Shown: positions 32,768 through 43,527, counted from the first letter of the stretch. The stretch: 64,000 nt of DNA from an uncultured Bacilli bacterium (GCA_944358305.1 CALVQK010000009.1:393-64392), one strand, 5' to 3'. Notes: a model not told the origin generated them from the sequence alone. Numbers and translations are program-made.

Positions 32768-35044
32768 CTACCAAGAGCCACCTCCTCCACCTCCAGAACC
32801 TCCACCACTGCTTCCTCCACCAGATGAAGAACCACCTGATGAAGATGATGATGGACTAGAAGACATTACAGATTGTGCCGAAGTCAATGTAGAACTCATA
32901 AATGAACCAAAAGTCACAACACTAAAAGTATTAGGGCTATCATACCATGATGGAGCCTGTAAATTTATTGACTCAAATTTTTTAATCCATTTATCAGATA
33001 CTCCTAAAACATAAGTAAATGGTAAAATATCATAAAAATATGTTGGATGTTCCAAAACCATTGCCTCTAATTTATCTTTTTCTGCTGTTTCTAAAAAGTT
33101 TTTAAATCCTCTTAATTTACCTAACAATTGATTACCATATGTCGTCCTTTTTGGCATTAATTTAAAACATATTATCATTCCAATTAAACATAAAATTCCT
33201 ACTATAAAAGCAATCAAATAAAGAGAATCTGTTGTAATAGCATCTGCTAGAGGTAACGTACTAAAGAAAACAGAAGAATGAAAAACTGTAAATCCTAACC
33301 ATATAATTCTAAACAATAAAGGTATTTTTGCAAATATACCAACAGCATAAAAGGGAATATAAAAGGCACAAATAAACAAAGTCATTCCAAGAGATGCAAA
33401 ACCTGCATATTCAATTGTTGGCACAGCAATAGTTGTTATTATTGAAATAAGCATTAATAAAATAATTATTATAGACTTGATAGATGTACTCTTTTCAAAT
33501 ATTTTATTTTTATTTTCTTTATTATTTATATTAGATAATATCTTATGAGTTGTAACATAAAAACTATCATATAAATCAGTTGATGTTACTTCATCTTCTT
33601 TCACTGCTTTTTTAAATAATCCACTTAAAAACAATCTTTCATTAGCATTATTACCATCATATTCTTTTAATTTAGTTATCTTAAAATTATTTGTCTTTGT
33701 AAATAAAGACTTCTCTTCACATTCAGATATTTTAATATAACCTTTATTAGCTAAATATATTAATAAAGAAGTTACATCCTGACTATCAGCTTTTCCCTTA
33801 TATAAAAATCCTACTTCTAAACTATTAAAACCTTCTGGCGGATAAAATTCTACTGTCTCTACAACTTGATTATCCCGACCAAAGATAAACCATAATATTA
33901 AAGAAACTAATAATGATACTACTGGTATAATAAACATTAAATAAAGCATAGGATTAACATCAAGTCCTGCCCCTACAAAATATCCTTCAGGAAGTTCACA
34001 TCTAACCGTCAATGCTTCCCCTGCATCAAGAATACCATTATAACTTCCATGTATTTCATTACCATCTACTGTATATTCAATATTACTACTATCAGTAGAA
34101 CCTACACTGCCAGCAGAAAATCCTAATTTAGTTGCATCAAACTCTTTAGGCATTGTTATATCAAAAGTCACATTACCTATTACTGTATCCCACTCACTAC
34201 CTATAATATTGTAATATAATTCATCATAATCACTAACAGGATCTTTACCCAAATTATAAGTATATTTAATTGTATAAGTCTGTTTTCCTGTTAAAGTACG
34301 ACTAGCTGAACCTATCTGTATTTTATAATTACCATCTTCTCTTGACGTAGTATACTCTTCACTGACACTCAAATCAGTAACCTGAGTTCTATTAGTAGAA
34401 GTACTTCCATCAAGTCTTACTATTTTATTACTTAAAGGAATAGTTCTAAATATTCCATGCTTTGGAATATTAAAATAAGCAGTTATTGTCTCAGTTATAT
34501 CAAAAGTATTATTCTCATTTACAATAATATTAACATCATAATTATCAATAACATAATCATACGTACTATACAAACTATTTTCACTAGGTATATTACTATT
34601 AAAAATTAATTCATCATCATTAACATCAACAATTAATCTATAATACTTTATATCATTAGTACTATATTCCCCCAATACATCTAAATTAAACATTAAGTTA
34701 AAATCATTTGAACCAATTGAAGCAATATTAGAACTATCCGCTTCTGCTATTAAGTTATATCCTTCATCATAAAAATAAACATTTGCACTATAAGTTATGG
34801 AACTATTAGAATTATTAACAACTTCTCCAGTTAAACCAAAAGCCATAGTTGAAGTATCAGAATAATCTTCAAATGTAATATTAGAAAAAGATAATTCTCT
34901 AACATCTAAATTCTTAACATCATTTATATCAGTATAAGATATCTCTCCACTTATAGCATTAGTATTCAAAGGATAAATACAAACTATAGACATTATAGTA
35001 ACTAAAATTATCTTTCTAATAATATTTTTCATTTTATCCTCCAT
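32768..35044 (-). CDS. DUF2207-family membrane protein (signal peptide, large extracytoplasmic domain, multi-TM region, Gly/Ser-rich C-terminal tail)
   Basis: 758 aa with an N-terminal signal peptide, and several TM helices in the C-terminal third. It ends …SSSSGGSSSGGGSSGGGSGGGGGGSW. It is immediately downstream of LemA, the classic LemA-DUF2207 pairing. Confidence 0.65.
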   Translation of the reverse strand: MEDKMKNIIRKIILVTIMSIVCIYPLNTNAISGEISYTDINDVKNLDVRELSFSNITFEDYSDTSTMAFGLTGEVVNNSNSSITYSANVYFYDEGYNLIAEADSSNIASIGSNDFNLMFNLDVLGEYSTNDIKYYRLIVDVNDDELIFNSNIPSENSLYSTYDYVIDNYDVNIIVNENNTFDITETITAYFNIPKHGIFRTIPLSNKIVRLDGSTSTNRTQVTDLSVSEEYTTSREDGNYKIQIGSASRTLTGKQTYTIKYTYNLGKDPVSDYDELYYNIIGSEWDTVIGNVTFDITMPKEFDATKLGFSAGSVGSTDSSNIEYTVDGNEIHGSYNGILDAGEALTVRCELPEGYFVGAGLDVNPMLYLMFIIPVVSLLVSLILWFIFGRDNQVVETVEFYPPEGFNSLEVGFLYKGKADSQDVTSLLIYLANKGYIKISECEEKSLFTKTNNFKITKLKEYDGNNANERLFLSGLFKKAVKEDEVTSTDLYDSFYVTTHKILSNINNKENKNKIFEKSTSIKSIIIILLMLISIITTIAVPTIEYAGFASLGMTLFICAFYIPFYAVGIFAKIPLLFRIIWLGFTVFHSSVFFSTLPLADAITTDSLYLIAFIVGILCLIGMIICFKLMPKRTTYGNQLLGKLRGFKNFLETAEKDKLEAMVLEHPTYFYDILPFTYVLGVSDKWIKKFESINLQAPSWYDSPNTFSVVTFGSFMSSTLTSAQSVMSSSPSSSSSGGSSSGGGSSGGGSGGGGGGSW

Positions 35045-35601
35045 TACAACTCTACTTTAACATTTTCTCTTTCACTTTTCTTTGCTTCAAACATTAACTT
35101 TGACTTAAATCCAAAAATTCTCGCAAAAATATTATTAGGAAACATTTCTACTTTATTATTAAAGATTCTAACAGTCCCATTATAATACTTTCTAGAATTA
35201 GCAATATCATCTTCTATTTTTACTAACTTATCACTTAAATCTTTAAAATTTTCACTAGCTTTGAGCTCGGGATAAGCCTCTGCTAAAGCCATAATTTTAC
35301 TAATACCTCTGGATAATTTTATATTAGCATTTATCTTTTCATCATTAGACATATCATCATAAACATTACCTCTTAAACTTACAACTTCTTTTAATGTTTC
35401 CTTCTCATGTTTCGCATACCCTTTAACAAGCTCTACTAAATTAGGAACTAAATCCCACCTTTTCTTTAAATAAACATCCATTGTTGAAAAAGCTTCTTTT
35501 ACTTTATTATTCAACTTAACAAAGCTATTAAATAAAAATAAAGCATAAACAACAATTATAACAATAACTGCTATAACCACATAAATCCACATAACTCCCA
35601 C
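35044..35601 (-). CDS. LemA family protein
   Basis: N-terminal TM followed by the LemA signature (…KRWDLVPNLVELVKGYAKHEKETL…). It has a 1-nt overlap with the downstream gene. Confidence 0.8.
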   Translation of the reverse strand: MGVMWIYVVIAVIVIIVVYALFLFNSFVKLNNKVKEAFSTMDVYLKKRWDLVPNLVELVKGYAKHEKETLKEVVSLRGNVYDDMSNDEKINANIKLSRGISKIMALAEAYPELKASENFKDLSDKLVKIEDDIANSRKYYNGTVRIFNNKVEMFPNNIFARIFGFKSKLMFEAKKSERENVKVEL

Positions 35602-35972
35602 CTCTATCTTAATTTAATTCTAATATATAAAATCTTAATAGTAAAGAAAAAGAGACTTAAATGTATTATCTTAAGGCTCTTATTTATCATAATATCAAAT
35701 TGACAAAGAATATAAATATTAATTTTATAAAATAAATCTAAAATTAATAATCCAAATACGATTCCATTTTATTATATTCATTTAATACATCAATATCTGC
35801 ATTATTAATCAAATACGTTTGCAAACTACCACTAGAATTTATACATAAATTAGTTAGAGTTAGATAATCATCATAAATTTATTAACATCATCTTGACTTT
35901 GTTCAACACTGCAAATTTTTAATATTAAAGAATTGTTTTCTATAAATATAGATTACAATTATCTACAGCTTT

Positions 35973-37232
35973 TTACATTTTCTCCAAATATTTCATAATT
36001 GCATAAGCCGCATCACGTCCTGATCTAGCGGCAAAAGCAACTGTACCAATAGTTCCTGCTAGATCTCCTCCTGCAAATACTTTTTCTTTGGAAGTATATC
36101 CATCTTTATCTATTAATATTCTTCCTCTTTTATCAAGTTCTAATCCTAAATTATTAACAATAAATTCCTCAGGATGACTCCCTATCGCCATAACTACATA
36201 GTCACAAGGTAAATAATAGCTAGATCCTTCTATATTAACAGGCGATAATCTATCATCACCTTCTTTTTTCACAAGTTCTGTCTTAATAACTTCAACTTTT
36301 TCAACTGTTTTATCTCCATAAATACCAAGAATATTATTTTGAAATAAAAACTCTACTCCCTCATCTTTCGCTTCCCTTATCTCATTTTCTTCAGCAGGAG
36401 CCTCCTTTTCACTTCTTCTATAAATAACATAAACTTTTTTAGCATTGGCTTTTTTTATAGTACAAGCAACATCAATAGCAACATTGCCGCCACCACTTAC
36501 TACCACAACTTTACCTTCATAATCAGGATGATTACCAGTTTCTAACAACTCATTACCACCATATACCCCCTTCAAATCTTCTCCAGGTATATTCATCTTA
36601 CTAGAACCATTCGCACCAAACCCTAAAAACACAGCATCATACTCATTCTCTAAATCCTCTAAAGTAAAGTCTTTACCTATACTTTGATTTAACCTAACAT
36701 CTATACCTAACTCTAAAATTTTATCAATTACTTTTCTTAACAAAGTCTTATCTAATCTAAAATCAGGTATTCCGTGATATAAAAGACCACCTAAATAATC
36801 ATGTCTTTCATAGATCGTCACATTATAACCATTTCGTCTTAAAAAGGCTGCACAAGTTAAACCAGCTGGACCCCCTCCTACAACAGCAATTCTTTTATTA
36901 TTTAAAGGCAAACTATTAATAGACCAATTATTCTTTAGTGCCATATCTCCAATAAAAGCTTCTATCTTACCGATCTCAATAGATTTGCCATTATTAATTC
37001 TTGTCTTTACACATTTCCCTTCGCATTGTCTACTCTTAGGACATATTCTCCCACAAACAGAAGGTAAAATAGTTGTTTCTAATAATAGATTATAAGCTTC
37101 TTTATATTTTTCTTCACGAAATAATTTTATTAAACCTCTAATATCATTATTTAAAGGGCACCCTTTCTGACAAGGACTTTTAATACATTGCAAGCATTCA
37201 TATGCACTTTCTTTTATATAGTCATAATTCAT
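35973..37232 (-). CDS. GltD-like FAD/NAD(P)-binding oxidoreductase (glutamate synthase small subunit / SudA family) with N-terminal Fe-S cysteine cluster
   Basis: Cys-rich N-terminus (CxxC…CP…C…C) and a Rossmann motif IAVVGGGPAGLTCAA, with a second dinucleotide fold VVVVSGGGNVAID. Confidence 0.75.
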   Translation of the reverse strand: MNYDYIKESAYECLQCIKSPCQKGCPLNNDIRGLIKLFREEKYKEAYNLLLETTILPSVCGRICPKSRQCEGKCVKTRINNGKSIEIGKIEAFIGDMALKNNWSINSLPLNNKRIAVVGGGPAGLTCAAFLRRNGYNVTIYERHDYLGGLLYHGIPDFRLDKTLLRKVIDKILELGIDVRLNQSIGKDFTLEDLENEYDAVFLGFGANGSSKMNIPGEDLKGVYGGNELLETGNHPDYEGKVVVVSGGGNVAIDVACTIKKANAKKVYVIYRRSEKEAPAEENEIREAKDEGVEFLFQNNILGIYGDKTVEKVEVIKTELVKKEGDDRLSPVNIEGSSYYLPCDYVVMAIGSHPEEFIVNNLGLELDKRGRILIDKDGYTSKEKVFAGGDLAGTIGTVAFAARSGRDAAYAIMKYLEKM

Positions 37233-37255
37233 AGCCTACCTCCAAATAAATAAAA

Positions 37256-38698
37256 TTAAACAGTAACACTAATAAGCATTTTTAAATCAGCAATAATCGC
37301 TTCTAAATTTTCAATTACGCTAGATATATTATAAAACGCACTTTTTTCTATAGATATACTAACTTGTGAGAAAAGTTTACGAGCACTATCTATCAATCTT
37401 ACAGTTTGATTATTATCATAATATAATAAATAATTCAAATGTTCATCTAAATCAATTTGCAAAGTTTTATAAAGCCAACATCTAAGTAATTTTGATTTAC
37501 ATATTTTCAAATTTCTTAAACGATCATCATATCTTTTTACAAAATGTCTATTAATTATAAATAATCGGTCATCCGTTGATAATGTAGAATTAGCTGCTAT
37601 ATTTTTTAAAGACTCACTTTCCATCTCTAAATCAAAATAATTATCATTTTCCATACATGATAAATCATTATACACTTTCATTCTTTCTATTGAAGTTAAG
37701 TTCATTTGCCTCACTTTAAAAATTATTCTGCGCTTTAAAGTTTCTTTATCAGAAACATTATCCCCATTCATTCTAAAGTTATTAACTTCATCAAAAAAAT
37801 CTCTATCATAATTATAAGAATCAACAGTTCTAACCGACTTTAATTCCTTAATAGTATTTTCATCTGCAAAATCTTTATCCAAATTTTTATTATATGCTTC
37901 AGCAAAGCCATCTGACGTATACATAATTAAAAGTCGCCCTGTTTCTTTATAAAATTCATTTAACAACTCATATCTACCACCATGTTTTTCTCCATTTATT
38001 TCATTAAACCAGTCTTCTTTAACATCATCAGTAATAAAAATAACATCTTTATTAACTTCCTTAGTCTTTTTTATAATAGAGTAAAATATATAATAGTCCC
38101 CATTTTCTTCTTTAGCATTATCCTTATAACCAGGAGGTATTAATTCCTTAAATCTTCTTAAGCCTTCATTTTTCATTTTTTCATATTCACTACCACTAAT
38201 TTTCTCACCAATAGCATTATTAAATAGTTTTATAATTTTTTTCTCAATATCATCATTACTAAATTTAGGCTTTTTATTTACTTTTTCATCATTTAATAGT
38301 TTTCCTATCTCCTCTATACTTTTATCTAAAATCTCATTAATATCCTTTTTGCATTTTAACTGATTATTTTTTCTTTTATTAGTTTCATCTTTCGCTTCTT
38401 GTAACTTCTTAACAAGGGAAGACATTAAATTATCATATTCATTATAAGAATTAACCATAACTTTATTTTTATTGTCAAAGAACTCTTTTCCTACCTGATA
38501 AGGAATCCAAAGACGTGTTTTCAACTTTTCTAAAATTTCAAAAATTTTATTTCTTGTATCTTCAGAATATCTATAAAAATTCAAAAGAATATTAGAATCT
38601 ACAACAATCATAGCATTCTGCCATATATCTTTATATTCATTATTTGAATAATCTATATAACCTTTAAACATCTCTATCATATTTTGTTTATTTTTCAT
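37256..38698 (-). CDS. large protein with N-terminal PIN-like domain (candidate nuclease; DUF4935/PIN_8-like)
   Basis: MIVVDSNILLNFY (PIN Asp-1 motif) within the first 40 aa, and later acidic residues (ITDD). A roughly 300-aa C-terminal region is of unknown function. Confidence 0.45.
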   Translation of the reverse strand: MKNKQNMIEMFKGYIDYSNNEYKDIWQNAMIVVDSNILLNFYRYSEDTRNKIFEILEKLKTRLWIPYQVGKEFFDNKNKVMVNSYNEYDNLMSSLVKKLQEAKDETNKRKNNQLKCKKDINEILDKSIEEIGKLLNDEKVNKKPKFSNDDIEKKIIKLFNNAIGEKISGSEYEKMKNEGLRRFKELIPPGYKDNAKEENGDYYIFYSIIKKTKEVNKDVIFITDDVKEDWFNEINGEKHGGRYELLNEFYKETGRLLIMYTSDGFAEAYNKNLDKDFADENTIKELKSVRTVDSYNYDRDFFDEVNNFRMNGDNVSDKETLKRRIIFKVRQMNLTSIERMKVYNDLSCMENDNYFDLEMESESLKNIAANSTLSTDDRLFIINRHFVKRYDDRLRNLKICKSKLLRCWLYKTLQIDLDEHLNYLLYYDNNQTVRLIDSARKLFSQVSISIEKSAFYNISSVIENLEAIIADLKMLISVTV

Positions 38699-38751
38699 AA
38701 AAAAATCTCCACTATTTAATATTATAATAATTTCAAATTAAAGGATGAGCT

Positions 38752-39183
38752 TTATTTCTCATCCTTTAATTCCATCATTGTACTAGTTATTTCCCCTTCT
38801 ATTTCTACTAAAGCACTTTTACTTATATTAGATAAAATCACAAGTTCTTTAACAGTATCAATTAATATCTTACCCCAAATAATACCACTTCTTACCTTTA
38901 AATCATTGAACATATCAGGAGTAATACTATCAAAGAAATAACCTATTACAACCCTATCTCTTGCAATTACCAATCTTTTATTAGTAACCGCAACTATACC
39001 AGTTCCTAAAATGTCAAATGAACTCTTATTCTTTTGAGCATAAAAAGCATATTTAATAACTTCATCATCATGTAAATGTTCAAGTAACACTCTAGAATTT
39101 TTCTTAAGTCTCCATCCTATCGTTAATGGATATTTACTTTTAAAACTAGAAAGTTGGCTTTCTAATATTTCCTTATTATTCAT
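38752..39183 (-). CDS. bacterial PH-domain protein (bPH_2/YokE-like)
   Basis: 143 aa; the GTGIVAVTNKRLVIA…GYFFDSI pattern is typical of the bacterial PH fold. Confidence 0.45.
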   Translation of the reverse strand: MNNKEILESQLSSFKSKYPLTIGWRLKKNSRVLLEHLHDDEVIKYAFYAQKNKSSFDILGTGIVAVTNKRLVIARDRVVIGYFFDSITPDMFNDLKVRSGIIWGKILIDTVKELVILSNISKSALVEIEGEITSTMMELKDEK

Positions 39184-39191
39184 GCTTCACC

Positions 39192-39743
39192 TTATTCAAT
39201 AAAGCCATTATCTCTAAAGAAATCAACTGTTGTATCTTTTGTAGAAAGTCCTTCTTGAATATCAACTATCTCACCATTTTGTACTACTAATAAAAGTGGT
39301 GTACCATAACCTTCACTAAAGTAATCATCAGATTCAATTAATTTAGCTTGTCCTTCATCATCTAATTCATCAGTATTTAAATAATTAACTTCAACATCAT
39401 ATTCATAAACTATATTTCTAACAATAGGCTCCATCTCTTGACAATAATGACAAGTAGGTCTAGCTATATAAATGATGGAAGCATCACTACCTTCTTTAAG
39501 ATCTAAATACTCATCAATATCAATATCATTTAATTCACCTTGTTCATCTTCAGGAATATCACTAGTAGAAGAACTATCTGAAGAATCATTAGAACTATTG
39601 TTAGTAGAACTTGTAGTTGTACTACTACCTCCATTATCACATTCTTGTAATTCTGATGTAAAATAACTTGCACCAAATACTATAATTAAAATTAAAACCA
39701 CTATAGTAGCACTTTTTAATTTTTCAACATTTTCTTTTTTCAT
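39192..39743 (-). CDS. membrane-anchored thioredoxin-like protein with Ser/Thr-rich linker
   Basis: N-terminal TM, low-complexity STTTSSTNNSSNDSSDSSS, then a CxxC (RPTCHYCQ) in a Trx-like fold. Confidence 0.55.
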   Translation of the reverse strand: MKKENVEKLKSATIVVLILIIVFGASYFTSELQECDNGGSSTTTSSTNNSSNDSSDSSSTSDIPEDEQGELNDIDIDEYLDLKEGSDASIIYIARPTCHYCQEMEPIVRNIVYEYDVEVNYLNTDELDDEGQAKLIESDDYFSEGYGTPLLLVVQNGEIVDIQEGLSTKDTTVDFFRDNGFIE

Positions 39744-39928
39744 AAACTTCCCTCCTGCCCATAATTATATCATTAATCTTATCAAAAATTAAGTATTATT
39801 AATTAATTTCTCATAAATTTCACTTTCTTCTTACTAAATAATTTTCTTTTATTATTTTTACCAAAGTTTTTGTTTGGTCTTTAAACTTTAAAGGATCATC
39901 ATTATCAATTACAAAATCAAAAAATTGA

Positions 39929-40477
39929 TCAGGTAAAGTATGGGGGTTTTCTCGTTTTTATTTGATAATACGTTTCTTCATCAAAAGAACTTTGATACTC
40001 TACTTTATCACCAATTACACCTTTATAAACTTTATCATAATCCATAACTATACTAGATATTTCGCTTAAATTATGATAATCAGTAGAATTAACTTTAATT
40101 TTAATAAGCCTCATTCTTAAAATTTGCAAAAGAATATCTAACCTATTAAAATCTTTCTCTAAATTAAAATCTCGATCATACACAAAAGAAGTCCTTGAAA
40201 AAATTAAAGTTCTTAATCTAAGATTATTAATACTACTAACTTTATCTTCTATTTCTAAACGCTTCTTTTCACTATAGTCTTTTGTAAACTGATAATAATA
40301 ATTTCTTACATAATCATTACTCAAAAGAAATATTCCTAACTCTTTAGATAAAGTCCTAGCAATTTCTGTTTTACCACTAAAAGCATAACCTGATAAAGCT
40401 ATTACACATGGCTTCTTATAAGTAATAACTTTGCTAATTTCCACATTCATTTCACTAATAAAATCTTTCTTTTCCAT
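39929..40477 (-). CDS. small P-loop NTPase/kinase-like protein
   Basis: Walker A ALSGYAFSGKTEIA near the N-terminus; 182 aa. Confidence 0.45.
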   Translation of the reverse strand: MEKKDFISEMNVEISKVITYKKPCVIALSGYAFSGKTEIARTLSKELGIFLLSNDYVRNYYYQFTKDYSEKKRLEIEDKVSSINNLRLRTLIFSRTSFVYDRDFNLEKDFNRLDILLQILRMRLIKIKVNSTDYHNLSEISSIVMDYDKVYKGVIGDKVEYQSSFDEETYYQIKTRKPPYFT

Positions 40478-40578
40478 AATAACCCCCTTGGACTAAAAAT
40501 TATTATATTACAAATTCAAAAAAAATTAAATATAAAAAGACTTTCTTTCATAAAGTATAAAGAAAGGTATGATAAATT

Positions 40579-41484
40579 ATGAAAATAGGACTACCTAAAG
40601 CATTACTATATCATTATTATAGTCATCTTTGGAAAGCATTTTTTGATGAATTAAAAATAAGCTATATCGAAAGCAATAATACAACTACCAAGACTTTAAT
40701 ACTAGGTAAAGAAAAAAGTATAGATGAATCATGTCTTGCTTTAAAAATATATCTAGGCCATATTGAAGAATTAAAAGATAAATGTGACTATATTTTAGTA
40801 CCAAGAATCTATTCTTTAGTAAAAACAGAACAAGTATGCACTAATTTTAACTGTCTATATGATCTTGTAAGAAATACTTTCCCTGACATAAAGATTCTAA
40901 ATTATAATATTGATCTTAAACATCATCACAGTGAAAAAAGTGCTTTTTTAAAGATAGGAAAAGAATTAGGCTTTAGTATCATAGAATCTCTTAATGCTTA
41001 TAATAAAGCAAAAGTTATTGAAAATAATTATTATAAAAATGAAGAGAAAAAAGCAAAAGATGCATTAAAAAGTAACAAAACTAAAATACTTTTACTAGGA
41101 CACCCATATATTTTAAAAGATAATCTTATTGGGAAAAATATAACTAACTATCTTGAAAAAAATAATATCTCTTTAATTTATAGTTACCAAATGCCAAGAG
41201 ACTTAATAGAATTTAACTGTAGCAAAATATCAGAGAAAATCCATTTCACTATGAATAAAAAACTACTCTCAGCCTTTAATTATTTTAAAGACAAAGTAGA
41301 TGGCACTATTATTTTAACAGCATTCCCATGTGGACCAGATTCACTTGCTAATGAAATGATTATAAGAAAAAAGAAACAAAATCCCATTCTTTTATTAACT
41401 TTTGAAGATTTAACTAATAATACCGCTGTTATAACAAGACTAGAAAGTTTCTTAGATATGTTAAAAGGAGGAATCCACTTATGA
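40579..41484 (+). CDS. acyl-CoA dehydratase activase-associated protein (DUF2229-like), gene 1 of 3
   Basis: Operon context with the BadF/BcrA-type activase. The family call is from recollection of conserved clostridial three-gene clusters. Confidence 0.35.
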   Translation: MKIGLPKALLYHYYSHLWKAFFDELKISYIESNNTTTKTLILGKEKSIDESCLALKIYLGHIEELKDKCDYILVPRIYSLVKTEQVCTNFNCLYDLVRNTFPDIKILNYNIDLKHHHSEKSAFLKIGKELGFSIIESLNAYNKAKVIENNYYKNEEKKAKDALKSNKTKILLLGHPYILKDNLIGKNITNYLEKNNISLIYSYQMPRDLIEFNCSKISEKIHFTMNKKLLSAFNYFKDKVDGTIILTAFPCGPDSLANEMIIRKKKQNPILLLTFEDLTNNTAVITRLESFLDMLKGGIHL

Positions 41485-42569
41485 GGCAATTAGTAGCATT
41501 TCCAAGGATGGGCAATTACTTTAATCCTTTAAGAAAATTAGTTACTAACACAACGCATTTAAAAGTAATAGAAATGCCTAAAATAACTAAAGAAACAATT
41601 TCTCTTGGTAGTAAAAATTCCCCTGATACTGTCTGTGTACCCTTTAAATATAATTTAGGTAATTTTATAGAAGCTTTAGATAAAGGAGCAACAGTATTAT
41701 TTCAAGCAGGTGGTGGTTGTAGATATAGATATTATGCAGAAGTACAAGAAACAATTCTTAAAGATTTAGGATACAACTTTACAATGTATCAAATAATAGA
41801 AAAAGATCATGTTAGATTTAGTGAACTATACAAAACTATGTTAAAGTTAAACCCCTATCTTACAAGAAAAAAACTAATAAAAGAAATATTTAATACTATT
41901 CTTTATATTTATTATTTAGATAAAATAGATGATCTTATTAGAAAAAGAGTTGGTTTTGAAAAAGAAAAAAATAGTTTTAAAAAAATAAAAGATGAATTTA
42001 TAAAGAAAGCAGACAAAGAAAATAGTGTTATTAAATTAACAAAATTATATTATAAAACTAAAAGAAAATTAAAAAAGGTAGAAATTAATAAACCTAAAAA
42101 CTGTCTAAAAGTAGGTATTATTGGAGAATTATATACTTCTATGGAACCATTCTCTAATTATGAACTTGAAAAACTACTAGCAAGTTTTAATATAGAAATA
42201 AAAAGATTTACTAATCTTAGCTATTTATTATGGCAAAAGAAGTTAATGACTTGGTTTATGAAATTTAAAGTAAGAAAATATTGTAAATATACATTAGGAG
42301 CAGATGGACTTGATAATGTATATAGAGTCTACTGGTTAAAAAAGCATAAATATGATGGTATCATTCATACTAAACCCACAGGATGTACTCCTGAAATAGG
42401 AGCTATGCCTATAATAATGAACATTGCTAAAGATAATAACATGCCAATTATATTTTTATCTTTTGATGAACAAACAGGAGTTGAAGGATTAAATACGAGA
42501 ATTGAGGCTTTTTATGATTTATTAAAACTTAAGAAGGAGGAAGAAAATGGAAGCAAGTCTAGGAATTGA
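41481..42569 (+). CDS. acyl-CoA dehydratase activase-associated protein (DUF2229-like), gene 2 of 3
   Basis: Overlaps its neighbours by 4 nt upstream and 23 nt downstream, so likely translationally coupled. Confidence 0.35.
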   Translation: MRQLVAFPRMGNYFNPLRKLVTNTTHLKVIEMPKITKETISLGSKNSPDTVCVPFKYNLGNFIEALDKGATVLFQAGGGCRYRYYAEVQETILKDLGYNFTMYQIIEKDHVRFSELYKTMLKLNPYLTRKKLIKEIFNTILYIYYLDKIDDLIRKRVGFEKEKNSFKKIKDEFIKKADKENSVIKLTKLYYKTKRKLKKVEINKPKNCLKVGIIGELYTSMEPFSNYELEKLLASFNIEIKRFTNLSYLLWQKKLMTWFMKFKVRKYCKYTLGADGLDNVYRVYWLKKHKYDGIIHTKPTGCTPEIGAMPIIMNIAKDNNMPIIFLSFDEQTGVEGLNTRIEAFYDLLKLKKEEENGSKSRN

Positions 42570-43497
42570 TATAGGTTCTATTTCTACTAAAGGAGTAATT
42601 CTTGATAATGACAATAATATACTAGCTTCTACTTATCTTTGGACTGAAGGTAATCCTATTAAAGCTGTTAAAAAAGTATTAAAGGATTTAGAAAGTCAAA
42701 TTACAAAAGATATAAAAGTAACAGCAGTGGGTACCACAGGTTCTGCAAGAAAGCTTATTGGTACAATGTTAGGAGCAACAAGTATAAAAAATGAAATAAC
42801 AGCTCATGCTATAGGTACTTTATCAAAATATCCAGATATAAGAACGATTCTAGAAATAGGAGGACAAGACTCTAAGATTATATTACTTGATAATGGTATT
42901 GTTACAGACTATGCGATGAATACATTATGTGCAGCAGGAACTGGAAGTTTTCTATCTAGTCAAGCAAAAAGATTAGGACTTTATGTCGAAGATTTTGGTA
43001 AAATTGCATTAACCAGTAAAAACCCTACAAATATTGCGGCAAGATGTACAGTCTTTGCCGAGTCTGATCTTGTTCACAAAATTCAAATGGGTTACAAAAG
43101 AAACGATATAATTGCAGGATTATGCTACAGTGTTGCTTCTAATTATCTTAACAATGTAGGCAAAGGTAAAAAAATAGTAGGACCAATAATATTTCAAGGA
43201 GGAGTATCAAAAAATATTGGTGTAAAGAAAGCTTTTGAAGACTTATTAAAAGAAGATATTATTGTAGATGATAATGGTCATTTAATGGGAGCAATCGGTA
43301 GTGCTATTTTAGCAAGGAAAACAGGAATAAAAAAAGAATTTAGTTTTCAAATAAAAGATGCTAACTTTGAAACAACAGGCATAGAATGTAAAGGGTGTCC
43401 TAATCACTGTGAGATTATAGTAGTTAAAAAAGATAATAAAATATTAGATTACTGGGGTAATAGATGTGATAAAGGAGCTTTAAAAGTAAAAGAGTGA
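42547..43497 (+). CDS. CoA-substrate-specific enzyme activase (BadF/BadG/BcrA/BcrD-type ATPase, HgdC-like)
   Basis: ASKHA-fold motifs GIDIGSISTKGV, …EIGGQDSK…, CAAGTGSFL, and a C-terminal CxxC pair for the bridging 4Fe-4S cluster (CKGCPNHC). A strong GGAGGAAG RBS precedes it. Confidence 0.75.
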   Translation: MEASLGIDIGSISTKGVILDNDNNILASTYLWTEGNPIKAVKKVLKDLESQITKDIKVTAVGTTGSARKLIGTMLGATSIKNEITAHAIGTLSKYPDIRTILEIGGQDSKIILLDNGIVTDYAMNTLCAAGTGSFLSSQAKRLGLYVEDFGKIALTSKNPTNIAARCTVFAESDLVHKIQMGYKRNDIIAGLCYSVASNYLNNVGKGKKIVGPIIFQGGVSKNIGVKKAFEDLLKEDIIVDDNGHLMGAIGSAILARKTGIKKEFSFQIKDANFETTGIECKGCPNHCEIIVVKKDNKILDYWGNRCDKGALKVKE

Positions 43498-43526
43498 TGA
43501 ATTTTCAAAAAAATTAATCACTCTTT
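43488..43526. terminator. bidirectional terminator hairpin between convergent genes
   Basis: aaagagtgat … atcactcttt (10-bp stem) with A/T runs on both sides. Confidence 0.5.
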
Positions 43527-43527
43527 A

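Noticed and set aside
31984-32835. Track ORF with N-terminal extension MVLHLVEEAVVEVLEVEE… (283 aa)
   Set aside because: The first 44 codons run in an alternate frame through the Gly/Ser tail of the upstream gene. An internal ATG ATG (32703) with a good RBS gives a sensible start (MMDKLKNF…).
32745-33014. Plus-strand ORF encoding a proline-rich peptide (EPPPPPPEPPPLLPPPDEEPPDEDDDG)
   Set aside because: It is the antisense reading of the Gly/Ser-rich tail (GGA/GGT/TCT codons) of the DUF2207 gene. There is no RBS, and the composition is explained entirely by the sense gene.
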